Shown in pieces: positions 55,421 through 64,000 of a stretch of 64,000 nt of DNA. A program made the translations under genes and the position numbers. The stretch comes from Nannocystis bainbridge. GTDB lineage: Bacteria > Myxococcota_A > Polyangia > Nannocystales > Nannocystaceae. The stretch's first letter is position 1; every line of letters begins with the position of its first letter. The stretch covers positions 2,432,001 to 2,496,000 of the forward strand of contig NZ_JAQNDL010000003.1 in the NCBI RefSeq assembly GCF_028368995.1. Reading direction: 5' to 3'. The notes under the pieces were generated by a model, which worked only from the letters and a program-made list of their open reading frames with translations, searched no databases and was not told the DNA's origin.

Positions 55421-57382
55421 ATGCCCGCTGTCGACGACCCTGCCGCGCGCCCGTCCGGGCCCGAGCCATCGGGGTCGTCTGCGCCGGAGCGGCCCGTGCG
55501 GCTCGTCTTCGCCGCCCTGCTGATCCTCGCCTTCCATCTCGGGTGGTTCGCCTATTTCGTCCCGCTCGAGGTCTGGTGGACCGACACCCCGATCGCCGGC
55601 GTCGACTTCGAGACTCACGTCGGCCAGACCTGGCGCTTCATCGAGGCCATGGACGGCTGGGGTCACAGCTGGATGTACGACCCGCGGCTGCTCGCCGGCT
55701 ACTTGCAGGGCGTCATCTTCGACGCCGACAACAAGGGCTGGGAGGTCTGGACCTGGCTCTTGAGCCATGCTGGTCTGTCCGCCGGGTTCGCCTTCAACCT
55801 GTTCGCCGCCCTCGCCCACCTCGGCGTGCTGCCGGTCGTCTACGCCTCCGCGCGGCTGTTCGACCTCACGCGCCGCGGCGCCTTGCTCGCCGCCGGCCTC
55901 GCCTCGGCGCTGTGGTTCTTCGACTCCTTCTCGCACTGGTGCTGGTGGATCGGCATGGTCGCCTACGCCTTCTGCGCCTACCTCGCGCTGCTGCCGCTGG
56001 CGCTGTTCTACCGCTGGACCCGCGAGCGCAAGCCGTGGCAGGGCGTCGCCGCCGGGCTCACCCTCGGCCTCGCCCACCTCGTCCACCCCTACACCTTCGT
56101 CATCCTGGTCGCGCCGATGCTCGCGCTGTGGCTCCGCGAGCTGCGTCGCCTCGGCGCGCGCGGCCACTTCGCCGTGCTGGCGATGGTCGTCTTCACCCTC
56201 GTGCTCAACACCTGGTGGCTCGCCGTCGCCGCCCGCTTCTGGCACTACATCCTCGACTCCGGCTTCTTCGGTCAGTCGGGCCCGCAGTGGCTGCTCGCCG
56301 ACTACCTCGGCCTCGTGCTCGACACCGCCACCTCCGGCCTGCTCGGCACCCGCACCGGCTTCCGCTTCCTCGTCCTCGGCGCCGCGCTGGTCGGCCTGTG
56401 GCGCTGGCGACGGGCCCGCGACCCGCGGACCTTGCCGCTGGCGACCGCGGTGGTGGCGATGCTCCTGCTCGCCTACGCCGCCGGTTACATCTGGCTCTTC
56501 AGACAGATCCAGCCGTACCGCCACGTCCTCCCGCTCGCCTTCCTCGCCGTCATCCCCGCCGCCGCCGCGCTCGAGTCGACCCGCCTGCGCGCGCTGTGGC
56601 GCGAGCTGACCCCGCCCGCGCGCCTGCTGACGTTCGCCCTCGCCCTGCCGGCCGGCCAGCTGCTGCTGCGCGACATCCTCTACTTCACGCCCGCGCACCT
56701 GCCCGAGGTCGCCCCGCTGTACAGCGGCGAGAAGGTCCTGCTGGCCGCCAGCGGCTACCCGGCGCACCCGGACTACCGGCTGTTCGCCGCCCGGCCCGAG
56801 CACGGCGAGATGACGAAGTGGGTCCGCGAGGTCGACGACGGCCAGAGCCGCTTCCTGGTCGAAGAGCCAGCCGTGGGCGAGCGGCTGCACTGGCAGACCG
56901 ACGCCCAGATCATCGGCGGCTTCCGCTTCCGCAACCTCGAGCACAGCATGGCCAACCTCTACCGGCGCCACAAGTTCGGGGTCGCCGGCGAGGACCAACT
57001 GCGCACCTACTTCGAGACCTACGCGGTGCGCTGGGTGATCGTCACCAGCAACGCGACCTGGTGGAACCAGCGGCCCGACCTGCTCGTACCGGCCGGCAAG
57101 GTCGGCCACCACCGGATCTTCCGCACCACGATCGAGCCGCACCTGATCCAGCAAGGCGGCGGCACGGTGGTCGCGGGGCCCAACCTGCTCCGCGTCACCG
57201 GCAGCGACCCGAACATCGACCTCGTGCTGCGCTTCCACTGGATGGAGTACCTGGTCTGTGAGCCAGGTTGCGAGCTCCGGCGCGAGAAGATCGACGACCT
57301 CGACCACGTCGGCTTCATCCGCGTGCCCGCGCCGCACCCCGCCGACCTCGACATCGTCAATCGCTACGGAGAGGCCCCATGA
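55421..57382 (+). CDS. polytopic membrane protein, GT-C glycosyltransferase-like
   Basis: About 12 TM segments, acidic residues in first loop (DFETH), YDPRLLAGY, HP motif, QPYRH, soluble C-terminal domain. Confidence 0.6.
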   Translation: MPAVDDPAARPSGPEPSGSSAPERPVRLVFAALLILAFHLGWFAYFVPLEVWWTDTPIAGVDFETHVGQTWRFIEAMDGWGHSWMYDPRLLAGYLQGVIFDADNKGWEVWTWLLSHAGLSAGFAFNLFAALAHLGVLPVVYASARLFDLTRRGALLAAGLASALWFFDSFSHWCWWIGMVAYAFCAYLALLPLALFYRWTRERKPWQGVAAGLTLGLAHLVHPYTFVILVAPMLALWLRELRRLGARGHFAVLAMVVFTLVLNTWWLAVAARFWHYILDSGFFGQSGPQWLLADYLGLVLDTATSGLLGTRTGFRFLVLGAALVGLWRWRRARDPRTLPLATAVVAMLLLAYAAGYIWLFRQIQPYRHVLPLAFLAVIPAAAALESTRLRALWRELTPPARLLTFALALPAGQLLLRDILYFTPAHLPEVAPLYSGEKVLLAASGYPAHPDYRLFAARPEHGEMTKWVREVDDGQSRFLVEEPAVGERLHWQTDAQIIGGFRFRNLEHSMANLYRRHKFGVAGEDQLRTYFETYAVRWVIVTSNATWWNQRPDLLVPAGKVGHHRIFRTTIEPHLIQQGGGTVVAGPNLLRVTGSDPNIDLVLRFHWMEYLVCEPGCELRREKIDDLDHVGFIRVPAPHPADLDIVNRYGEAP

Positions 57383-58251
57383 TCGCGGCGCTGCGGATCC
57401 TCTTCAACGTCGCGCTGTACCGGCTGCGGCGGCTCGAGATGGCCAACATGGGCGGCGCGCTGCTCATCATGCTCGCGCTGCGCTTGTCGCCGCTCGACGT
57501 CGTGGTCCGGCTCGGCTTCGCCTTTTTGCTCAACCTGCTCGTCTACCTCAACAACGACTACCTCGACCTGCCGACCGACCTGCGCTCGCCCGAGCGCGAC
57601 GACGCCAACACCCGCTACCTCCGCGACCACCGGCGCGCGGCCCTCGGCGCCCAGCTCGGCCTGGTCGGCGCGCTGCTGGTCGTCGCCTTCGCCTGGGACC
57701 TCGGCCTGCTCATCCCGCTGGTCGTCGGCGGCGGCGTGTGCTGGCTGTACTCGGCGCGGCTCAAGCACGTCGCCGGGGCCGACATCGCCGCGATGATGGT
57801 GTGGGGCGCAGCGATGTTGACGGTCGCGTTCCCGCCGACGCACGCGCTCGGGTGGGCGCTGGCCGGCCTGCTCGCGCTCGACTCGGCGGTGTTCGAGACG
57901 ATCCAGGTCATCCGCGACCACGACGCCGACCGCGACACCGGCGTGCGCACGACCGCCGTCGCGCTCGGCGTCCCGCGCACCCTCGCGCTCGCGCGCGGCC
58001 TGCTGGTCCTCGGCGCTGGCGCCGCCGCGCTGGCGATCCACCCGCTCGTCGCCCTGCCGCCGTTGATCGGCGTCACCCTGCCGCTCGGTCGCCCGGAGCG
58101 CTACTGGAACCTCATCCGCGTGCTCCTCGGCGTCGCCTTCTTGTTCGCCGCCGGGTGGGTCTACGTCCACGGCGCGACCGCGGGTCTGCTGGTCCGCTGC
58201 GCCCTGGACGGCTGTACGGCGTCACCTGGCCTTTCGGCCATGTCGCAATAA
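57379..58251 (+). CDS. UbiA family prenyltransferase
   Basis: YLNNDYLDLPTD, LYSARLK, RDHDADRDTG Asp-rich motifs; ATGA overlap with upstream gene. Confidence 0.8.
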   Translation: MIAALRILFNVALYRLRRLEMANMGGALLIMLALRLSPLDVVVRLGFAFLLNLLVYLNNDYLDLPTDLRSPERDDANTRYLRDHRRAALGAQLGLVGALLVVAFAWDLGLLIPLVVGGGVCWLYSARLKHVAGADIAAMMVWGAAMLTVAFPPTHALGWALAGLLALDSAVFETIQVIRDHDADRDTGVRTTAVALGVPRTLALARGLLVLGAGAAALAIHPLVALPPLIGVTLPLGRPERYWNLIRVLLGVAFLFAAGWVYVHGATAGLLVRCALDGCTASPGLSAMSQ

Positions 58252-58344
58252 TCGTGTGGCGAGCGGTCGCCTTCCGCCGACATCTGGGGCCGCCCTGCTC
58301 CATTTTCCGACCTAGGGTGTGTAAAATCTCCTGAAGGTTTTTCG

Positions 58345-58373
58345 TTGAACTGGACGACCCCGTCCCATATGCT
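58345..58373 (+). promoter_or_regulatory. putative sigma70 promoter for the reductase
   Basis: TTGAAC-N17-TATGCT. Confidence 0.6.
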
Positions 58374-58417
58374 GAACAGCGCTTCAGTCTAGCGAAGTTT
58401 TGTCGGAGCGGCCGCAC

Positions 58418-60175
58418 ATGTCCCAAGAAGCACGTTATGACACCCACTTCTCGAGCCCCGCGGACGTCGAGGAGTTCGTCTCGGTCCTCGAGCGGTTCGA
58501 GCGCGGCGAGATCTCGTCGGAGGACTTTCGCACCTTCCGCCTGAAGCGCGGCGTCTACGGGCAGCGGCAGATGGAAGTGAACATGCTGCGGGTCAAGTTC
58601 CCCGGCGGCATCATGAGCGCGGCCCAGCTGCGGACCGCGGCTGGCGTGGCCCGCGAGTACACGCAGTTCCACAAGGGCCACATCACCACCCGGCAGAACA
58701 TCCAGTTCCACTTCGTCAAGCTGGCCGACATGCCCGAGGTCATGGGCCGCTTCGACGTCACCGGCGCGACCACCCGCGAGGCCTGCGGCAACACCGTCCG
58801 CAACGTCACCGGCTGCCCGTACGCCGGCGTCAGCGGCACCGAGGCCTACGACATCACCCCGTACATGCACGCGCTCGTGCGCATGTGCCTGCGCGAGGAG
58901 TGGGCCAACAACCTGCCGCGCAAGTTCAAGATGGCCTTCGAGGGCTGCACCCACGAAGACCACGCGCAGACGGCGATCAACGACGTCGGCTTCCGCGCCA
59001 AGAACAAGGACGGCGTGCGCGGCTTCGAGGTGTTCGTCGCCGGCGGCCTGTCGACCAGCCCGCGCCCGGCCTATCGCCTCCACGACTTCATCCCGGCCGA
59101 CGAGATGCTGGCGCGGACCGAGGCGATCATCCGCGTGTTCGACAAGCACGGCAACCGCAAGAACCGCGCCCGCGCCCGCCTCAAGTACGTCATGAAGGCG
59201 CTGGGCGAGGCGGGCTTCGTCGCCGCCTACGAGGAGGAGGTCGCCAAGCTGGTGGCCGCCGGCACGCTGCAGCGGCCGATCGAGCTGCCGCCCGAGGAGA
59301 CCGCGCCGGCGTGGAACGACCGCGCCCTGGCCGGCCCGCGCGCCAGCGACGACGACCCGCAGTACAAGGAGTGGCTGCGCACCGTCGACCCGCAGAAGCA
59401 GCCGGGCTTCGCCGCCGTGACGATCAAGCTCGACCGCGGCGACATCGCGGCCGACCAGTTCGACCAGCTCGCCGAGCTCGCCGAGACCTTCACCGACGGC
59501 ACCCTGCGCGCCGGCAACCGCCAGAACCTCATCGTCCGGTGGGTCCGCACCGAGTACCTGCCGCACCTGTTCGTCGCGCTGCAGCAGATCGGCGTCGCCG
59601 ACCTCGGCTCCAACACGATCCACGACGTCGTCAGCTGCCCGGGCGCCGACAGCTGCAACCTCGCCGTCACCCACAGCATGAGCCTGGCCAAGCACCTGAC
59701 CCGCTTCCTCAAGAACGCGGGCCAGTCGGCGGACAGCGTCGAGCTCGCGCGCACCGCCGACATCAAGATCTCCGGCTGCCCCAACTCGTGCGGCCAGCAC
59801 CACGTGGCGGCGATCGGCTTCCACGGCACCGTGCGCCACGTCGGCGACGGCAAGCAGGTCCCCGAGTACCAGCTCCACCTCGGCGGCGGCTTCGACGCTG
59901 ACGGCGTCCAGTTCGGCCGTCACATCGTCAAGATCCCCGCGCGCCGGGCCGGCGAGGCCCTCCTGCGCCTGCTCGACCTCTACCGCGACGAGCGCGAGGA
60001 CGGCGAGGAGGCCCGCGCCTTCTTCCGTCGCGTCGCCAAGGAGGACGTCGTCGCGGCGCTCGGCGACGCCCTGCTCGACAGCCAGTTCACCAACCTGCGC
60101 GAGGACGACGTGTTCGACCTCGGCCAGGAGCGCACCTTCGACGTGGCCATCGGCCGCGGCGAATGTGCCGCCTGA
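58418..60175 (+). CDS. siroheme/[4Fe-4S] nitrite/sulfite reductase
   Basis: GVYGQRQ, MLRVKFPGG, TTRQNIQFH, LPRKFK, CPGADSC and SGCPNSCGQH cluster ligands. Confidence 0.93.
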   Translation: MSQEARYDTHFSSPADVEEFVSVLERFERGEISSEDFRTFRLKRGVYGQRQMEVNMLRVKFPGGIMSAAQLRTAAGVAREYTQFHKGHITTRQNIQFHFVKLADMPEVMGRFDVTGATTREACGNTVRNVTGCPYAGVSGTEAYDITPYMHALVRMCLREEWANNLPRKFKMAFEGCTHEDHAQTAINDVGFRAKNKDGVRGFEVFVAGGLSTSPRPAYRLHDFIPADEMLARTEAIIRVFDKHGNRKNRARARLKYVMKALGEAGFVAAYEEEVAKLVAAGTLQRPIELPPEETAPAWNDRALAGPRASDDDPQYKEWLRTVDPQKQPGFAAVTIKLDRGDIAADQFDQLAELAETFTDGTLRAGNRQNLIVRWVRTEYLPHLFVALQQIGVADLGSNTIHDVVSCPGADSCNLAVTHSMSLAKHLTRFLKNAGQSADSVELARTADIKISGCPNSCGQHHVAAIGFHGTVRHVGDGKQVPEYQLHLGGGFDADGVQFGRHIVKIPARRAGEALLRLLDLYRDEREDGEEARAFFRRVAKEDVVAALGDALLDSQFTNLREDDVFDLGQERTFDVAIGRGECAA

Positions 60176-60212
60176 GTTCGCCCCCCCCGCTCCGCACCGA
60201 CCGACCAAACTG

Positions 60213-60242
60213 GCGACAGGCTCCCGGGCCTGTCGCTTTTTT
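60213..60242 (+). terminator. rho-independent terminator
   Basis: GCGACAGGC...GCCTGTCGC followed by TTTTTT. Confidence 0.8.
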
Positions 60243-60304
60243 ATGTCCCGACACCGCCGCGCGGAGTCACATGTCCATCCGGACATGTCCTCGAAGACAG
60301 CAAT
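60239..60304. repeat. 14-bp-period CATG decamer array
   Basis: Cores at 60242 (TATG), 60270, 60284, 60298 (CAGC): TCACATGTCC atcc GGACATGTCC tcga AGACAGCAAT; convergent junction. Confidence 0.75.
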
Positions 60305-60310
60305 GAACGC

Positions 60311-61906
60311 TCACTCGATGTCGAGCGGCGGCTCGACCTGCACCGGCGCCGACCACGGCTCGGGCGGCGGCGGGGCCAGCCAGCCGAACAGCTCGCGCTG
60401 CGGCGGGTACCTCCGCGGCAGCCGGCGCTCCAGCTCGCTCGCGCAGAACTCGACCGACGCGTCGGAGTAGGCGAACACCACCGCCTTGTCGAAGCAATAG
60501 GCGAGCGCCTGCGTGGCGAGGTCTTCGTCCGGCCGCGTGTAGTCGCGGAGCGCCCCGCAGTAGGCCTTGATCGCCTGCTCGGAGCCGAGGCCGCGGGGCA
60601 CCTCGGCGGCCAGCAGCGTATCGACCTGCGCCTGCGCGACCACGGCCACCCGGGCCGCCGCCGCGAACCCGCCGCGAGCGCTGCGCCTGAGCTGCGCGAC
60701 CTTCTCGTAGCGGCGGGTCAGGTCGTTGGCCTGCTCGCGGGCCTTCCCCCAGTAGTCGAGGAAGCGCCGCCGCGAATCCTCGTTCTTGCGCCTCTGCTCG
60801 GCGTACTTCTTGCGGTCGCGTGGGTCCGCCGAATATTGAAGGATCTCCTCGACCGTGAAGTTCATGTCCGCGGGCGGTCGCACTGTCAGCGCCGCCTCGA
60901 GCTCGCGGTCGGCGATCAGCAGCTCCGCCAGGTCGAGCGCCTCGCCGACCTTCAGCCGCAGCCATGGGTCCTCGACCGGCGGCAGCGCCTGGCCGAGCTC
61001 GACCACCTGTTGCAGCCGCCGCTGCGCCGACTCGGCCAGCTTGCGATCGCGCGGGTGCACGGTCACCGCCTGCGCCGCCGGCCCGGCGCACGTCAGCGTC
61101 GGCGGCTTGCCGCGCTTCGGCGTATCGATCGGCGCCGGCTTCGAGGTCACGCACAGGTCCATAAGCCCGCCCTGCTGCTTGCAGGAGCGCCGCCACTCGA
61201 TCGCCGCGTACGTCACCTCGGCGACGATCCGCCGCCCCGGGCCGCCCTTGCTGCCGTGGCGCGTGAGGTAGTCGAGCGCGTGCTTCTGTCGCGCCTGGTC
61301 GTCGGGCAAGGTCTTCGGCAGCAGGTCGGCGCGGGCCCAGTGGACGATCGCGCTGCGCAGCGGGTCCTTGGCGCCGTAGAGCTTCTCGACCTTCTCGAAC
61401 AGCGCCAGCGCGCGCGCGTCCTGCCCGAGCTGCGCGCGCAGCAGGCCGGCCTCCTGCAGCAGTTCGCTCGCCTCGGCCTCGCCGGGGTAACGCTCGGCGA
61501 ACCGCTCCATCGCCGCCGCCGCCCGCTCGAACGCCAGCGTCGCCCGCAGGTGACGCACCAGCGCCAGCAGGGCCACGCGAGCCACCGGCAGCCCGGGGAA
61601 CTTCTCGATCAGCCGCTCGCGCGTCGCCACCATCGCGTCGTACTCGCCCGCGGCCTCGTGACAGCGCGCCGCGTACTCGAGCGCCTCGGCGGCCCGCTCG
61701 TGACGGTCGCCGAGCCGCGCCGCCAGCTGCTCGAGCTGCTCGGCGCAGGCACGCCCGCGGGCCGGGTCACCGGTCTGCGCGGTCGCTACCCCGTCTTGAA
61801 GGATCTGCGCGTCGGTCGGTGACAGCGGCTCGCCCGGGGCCATCGCCGCCAGCACGCCGACGCCCACGCCCAGGCAACGCAGCCATGAGCTCCAGCGCCT
61901 CGCCAT
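60311..61906 (-). CDS. secreted tetratricopeptide-repeat protein
   Basis: Signal peptide; TPR-like helices (LIEKFP, FAERYP). Confidence 0.75.
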   Translation of the reverse strand: MARRWSSWLRCLGVGVGVLAAMAPGEPLSPTDAQILQDGVATAQTGDPARGRACAEQLEQLAARLGDRHERAAEALEYAARCHEAAGEYDAMVATRERLIEKFPGLPVARVALLALVRHLRATLAFERAAAAMERFAERYPGEAEASELLQEAGLLRAQLGQDARALALFEKVEKLYGAKDPLRSAIVHWARADLLPKTLPDDQARQKHALDYLTRHGSKGGPGRRIVAEVTYAAIEWRRSCKQQGGLMDLCVTSKPAPIDTPKRGKPPTLTCAGPAAQAVTVHPRDRKLAESAQRRLQQVVELGQALPPVEDPWLRLKVGEALDLAELLIADRELEAALTVRPPADMNFTVEEILQYSADPRDRKKYAEQRRKNEDSRRRFLDYWGKAREQANDLTRRYEKVAQLRRSARGGFAAAARVAVVAQAQVDTLLAAEVPRGLGSEQAIKAYCGALRDYTRPDEDLATQALAYCFDKAVVFAYSDASVEFCASELERRLPRRYPPQRELFGWLAPPPPEPWSAPVQVEPPLDIE

Positions 61907-61912
61907 CGCCCC

Positions 61913-63238
61913 TCAACGCCGGCGGCGCCGCGCCAGCAGCACCAATCCGGCGAGCAGCCACGAGCTGTCTCGAAGGACAGGTTGACCCGAAGCGCAGGAG
62001 CAGCCGCGCTCGGCCAGCTCGCCGCCGTCGGCCCCGGCGCTGTCGTCGTCGCCGCTGTCGTCCCCGCCGTCGCTGCTGCTGCCCGGATCGCTCGGCCCCG
62101 GGGGCTCGGGCTGCGGCTGCGGCTGCGGCTGCGGCTCGGGCTGCGGTGGCGGCGGTTCGGGCTCGGGTTGCGGCGGCGGCGGCTCGGGCTCGGGTTGCGG
62201 CGGCGGCGGTTCAGGCTCGGGCTCCGGCTCCGGCTCCGGCTCGGGATCAGGCCCGGGGAACGGTCCCTGGCCGAACGGCTCGCCGCACATGGCGCTCCAG
62301 CCCCCTGTCAGCGTCGTCGAGCAGCCGTCGCCCCACGTGCTCTGCGGGTCCATCAATTCGCCCGGGAACCCGCCGCAGTTGGCCGTCGGCGTCCAGTTGC
62401 CGTCGATGTCGAAGCACGGCGAAAGATCGACCCCCGCCGCTTGCTCGAGCCAGGCCATGTGCGGCCAGAACATCTCGTAGACCGTCCCGAACCCGCACAC
62501 TTCCTCGTTGGGGCCCGGCGGCGGATCGTCGAGGTGCAGCGTCGAGGCTGCGCCGAGCAGGCGCCACGTGCCGTCGCCCAGGCGCAGGTACGCCGGCCCG
62601 CCCGAGTCGCCGAAGCACCCCCCGTGGTCGGGCCCGACCATGATGATGTCGTTGCCGTCGAGCGACACCTCGATGACGCTCTGCTGCGTGAACCGCTTGG
62701 TGCCCCCGCCGATCGGCTGCGGGTTGCCCTCTCCGTCGAGCACGGCATTGGTCGCGCCGAAGCCGACGATCGTGACCTCCGAGCCCACCAGCGGCGCGAT
62801 CTCGCAGCCCATGATGAGCGGCACCATCGGCACCCCGAGCACCGCCTGCTCGAGCGTGCAGAACGCGAGGTCGTTGACCAGCGCGCCCGGGTCCCACTGC
62901 GGATGCGTGAAACACTCGGCGACCGGCACCTGGCGCACCGGCGCTGCGACGTCCTCCCCGAACATCACGCTTCCGGGCACGGCCCACGACAGCAGCGGGT
63001 CCATGCAGTGCGCCGCGAACACGACGACGTTGGGATGGACCAGCGAGCCGGTGCAGAAGAAGCCCTCGGTGTCGCGGTCGAGCATCGCCACCGCGCTCGG
63101 GAAGTCGCACTCGCCCGCGACCTCACCGTTGAAGATCGGCTGCGGCCGCGAGCTCGGGGCGGCCAACTCGAAGGCCGACGCCTGACCCGTAACCAGCGCC
63201 ACGAGCCCGCCGACCGCCACCGCCGCGAATGCACGCAT
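61913..63238 (-). CDS. trypsin-like S1 serine protease with Pro-rich linker and MYXO-CTERM-like tail
   Basis: IFNG, CTGSLV, FAAHC, NDLA, CFGDSGGP; (PE)n/(PQ)n; GCSC...LVLLARRRRR. Confidence 0.9.
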   Translation of the reverse strand: MRAFAAVAVGGLVALVTGQASAFELAAPSSRPQPIFNGEVAGECDFPSAVAMLDRDTEGFFCTGSLVHPNVVVFAAHCMDPLLSWAVPGSVMFGEDVAAPVRQVPVAECFTHPQWDPGALVNDLAFCTLEQAVLGVPMVPLIMGCEIAPLVGSEVTIVGFGATNAVLDGEGNPQPIGGGTKRFTQQSVIEVSLDGNDIIMVGPDHGGCFGDSGGPAYLRLGDGTWRLLGAASTLHLDDPPPGPNEEVCGFGTVYEMFWPHMAWLEQAAGVDLSPCFDIDGNWTPTANCGGFPGELMDPQSTWGDGCSTTLTGGWSAMCGEPFGQGPFPGPDPEPEPEPEPEPEPPPPQPEPEPPPPQPEPEPPPPQPEPQPQPQPQPEPPGPSDPGSSSDGGDDSGDDDSAGADGGELAERGCSCASGQPVLRDSSWLLAGLVLLARRRRR

Positions 63239-63298
63239 GCGGCCGAGGCTCCCATTCCGGCCGGCCGCGCGCAAGCGTGAACGGGTATCATCGCGCGC

Positions 63299-64000
63299 GT
63301 GTACGCCCCCCTCCTCGCGCTCGGACTCGCTGCCGCAGCCCCCGAGTCGGTCACGAGCCGCGACCGGGCCGCGCAGACGCCCGACCCCGACCAACCTCTC
63401 GTCGACACGACCGACGCACCAGCGTCACCGCCGGAGATCGAGCCGGCGACGTCGACCCCCGTCAGCGCGAGCGACGAACCCGTCACGACCGAACCCGCCG
63501 CACCGCCCGTAGCGATCGAGCCCGCCACACCCGCGCCCCCCGTCGCAGCTGCACCGCCGCCGCCGCCCGCAGACCCGCGCCCGCGCTGGTGGGGCCCCGA
63601 CCCGCGCCCGAAGGTCAGCGGCTACGGCGGCCCCGCCCTGCGCCTGTCCGGCCTCAACGGAGCCTTCGCGGCCTTCGTCGGGCTCGAGGGCGGCATCAAC
63701 ATCCTCCAGCGCGTGACGATCGGCGCCTCGCTGCAGTGGCTGCTCAACCCCGTCGACGCCGGCCCGTTCTCCCGCGGCGCCGCGACCCGGATCAACATCA
63801 ACTACGGCGGCCTCGTGGTCGACGTCGCCTACGTCCGCGGCAAGCGGGTCGCCGGCACCGTCGGCGGCCTGCTCGGCGGCGGCGGCGGCTGCGTGCAGAA
63901 CCCCGAGAACGGCCGCTGCGCCGACCGGACCGCCTTCTTCGTCGGTGAGCCGCGCGCCGGCCTGCGCGTGGTCCTGGCCCCGATCGTCCGCCTCCACCTC
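63299..64000 (+). CDS. secreted protein with Pro-rich linker and probable beta-barrel domain, truncated by window edge
   Basis: Not in ORF track; GTG at 63299: MYAPLLALGLAAA...VSGYGGPALRLS...INYGGLVVDV...FFVGEPRAG; TATCAT 7 nt upstream. Confidence 0.7.
   Translation, partial: MYAPLLALGLAAAAPESVTSRDRAAQTPDPDQPLVDTTDAPASPPEIEPATSTPVSASDEPVTTEPAAPPVAIEPATPAPPVAAAPPPPPADPRPRWWGPDPRPKVSGYGGPALRLSGLNGAFAAFVGLEGGINILQRVTIGASLQWLLNPVDAGPFSRGAATRININYGGLVVDVAYVRGKRVAGTVGGLLGGGGGCVQNPENGRCADRTAFFVGEPRAGLRVVLAPIVRLHL

Overview
High-GC bacterial chromosome segment, most likely a myxobacterium of the Nannocystis/Nannocystaceae type. This is inferred from MYXO-CTERM-like tails, Thr/Asp-rich lipoprotein linkers, Cys-rich CGDG repeat proteins and an AgmX/PglI-type protein. 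About 45 CDS were identified from motifs. They include housekeeping genes (trxB, HtrA, heterodimeric ABC exporter, HelD-like helicase, rtcB, sulfite/nitrite reductase, deoxynucleoside kinase), many secreted or lipoprotein genes, a precursor-less DUF692/DUF2063 pair, and an A/T-richer patch with gene remnants (~40.9-44.1 kb). No rRNA, tRNA, CRISPR or transposase was seen. The most striking unexplained signal is a dispersed family of short arrays of a quasi-palindromic decamer (consensus ~GGACATGYCC) repeated at a strict 14-bp period with variable 4-bp spacers. About 13 loci were found, mostly at gene 3' ends and convergent junctions, and one is written in-frame into a coding sequence. The second signal is a ~190-nt nested-stem leader that would sequester the rtcB Shine-Dalgarno. 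Many genes also appear to be leaderless (TAnnnT 6-8 nt before the start codon). All product calls come from reading motifs; no database searches were run.
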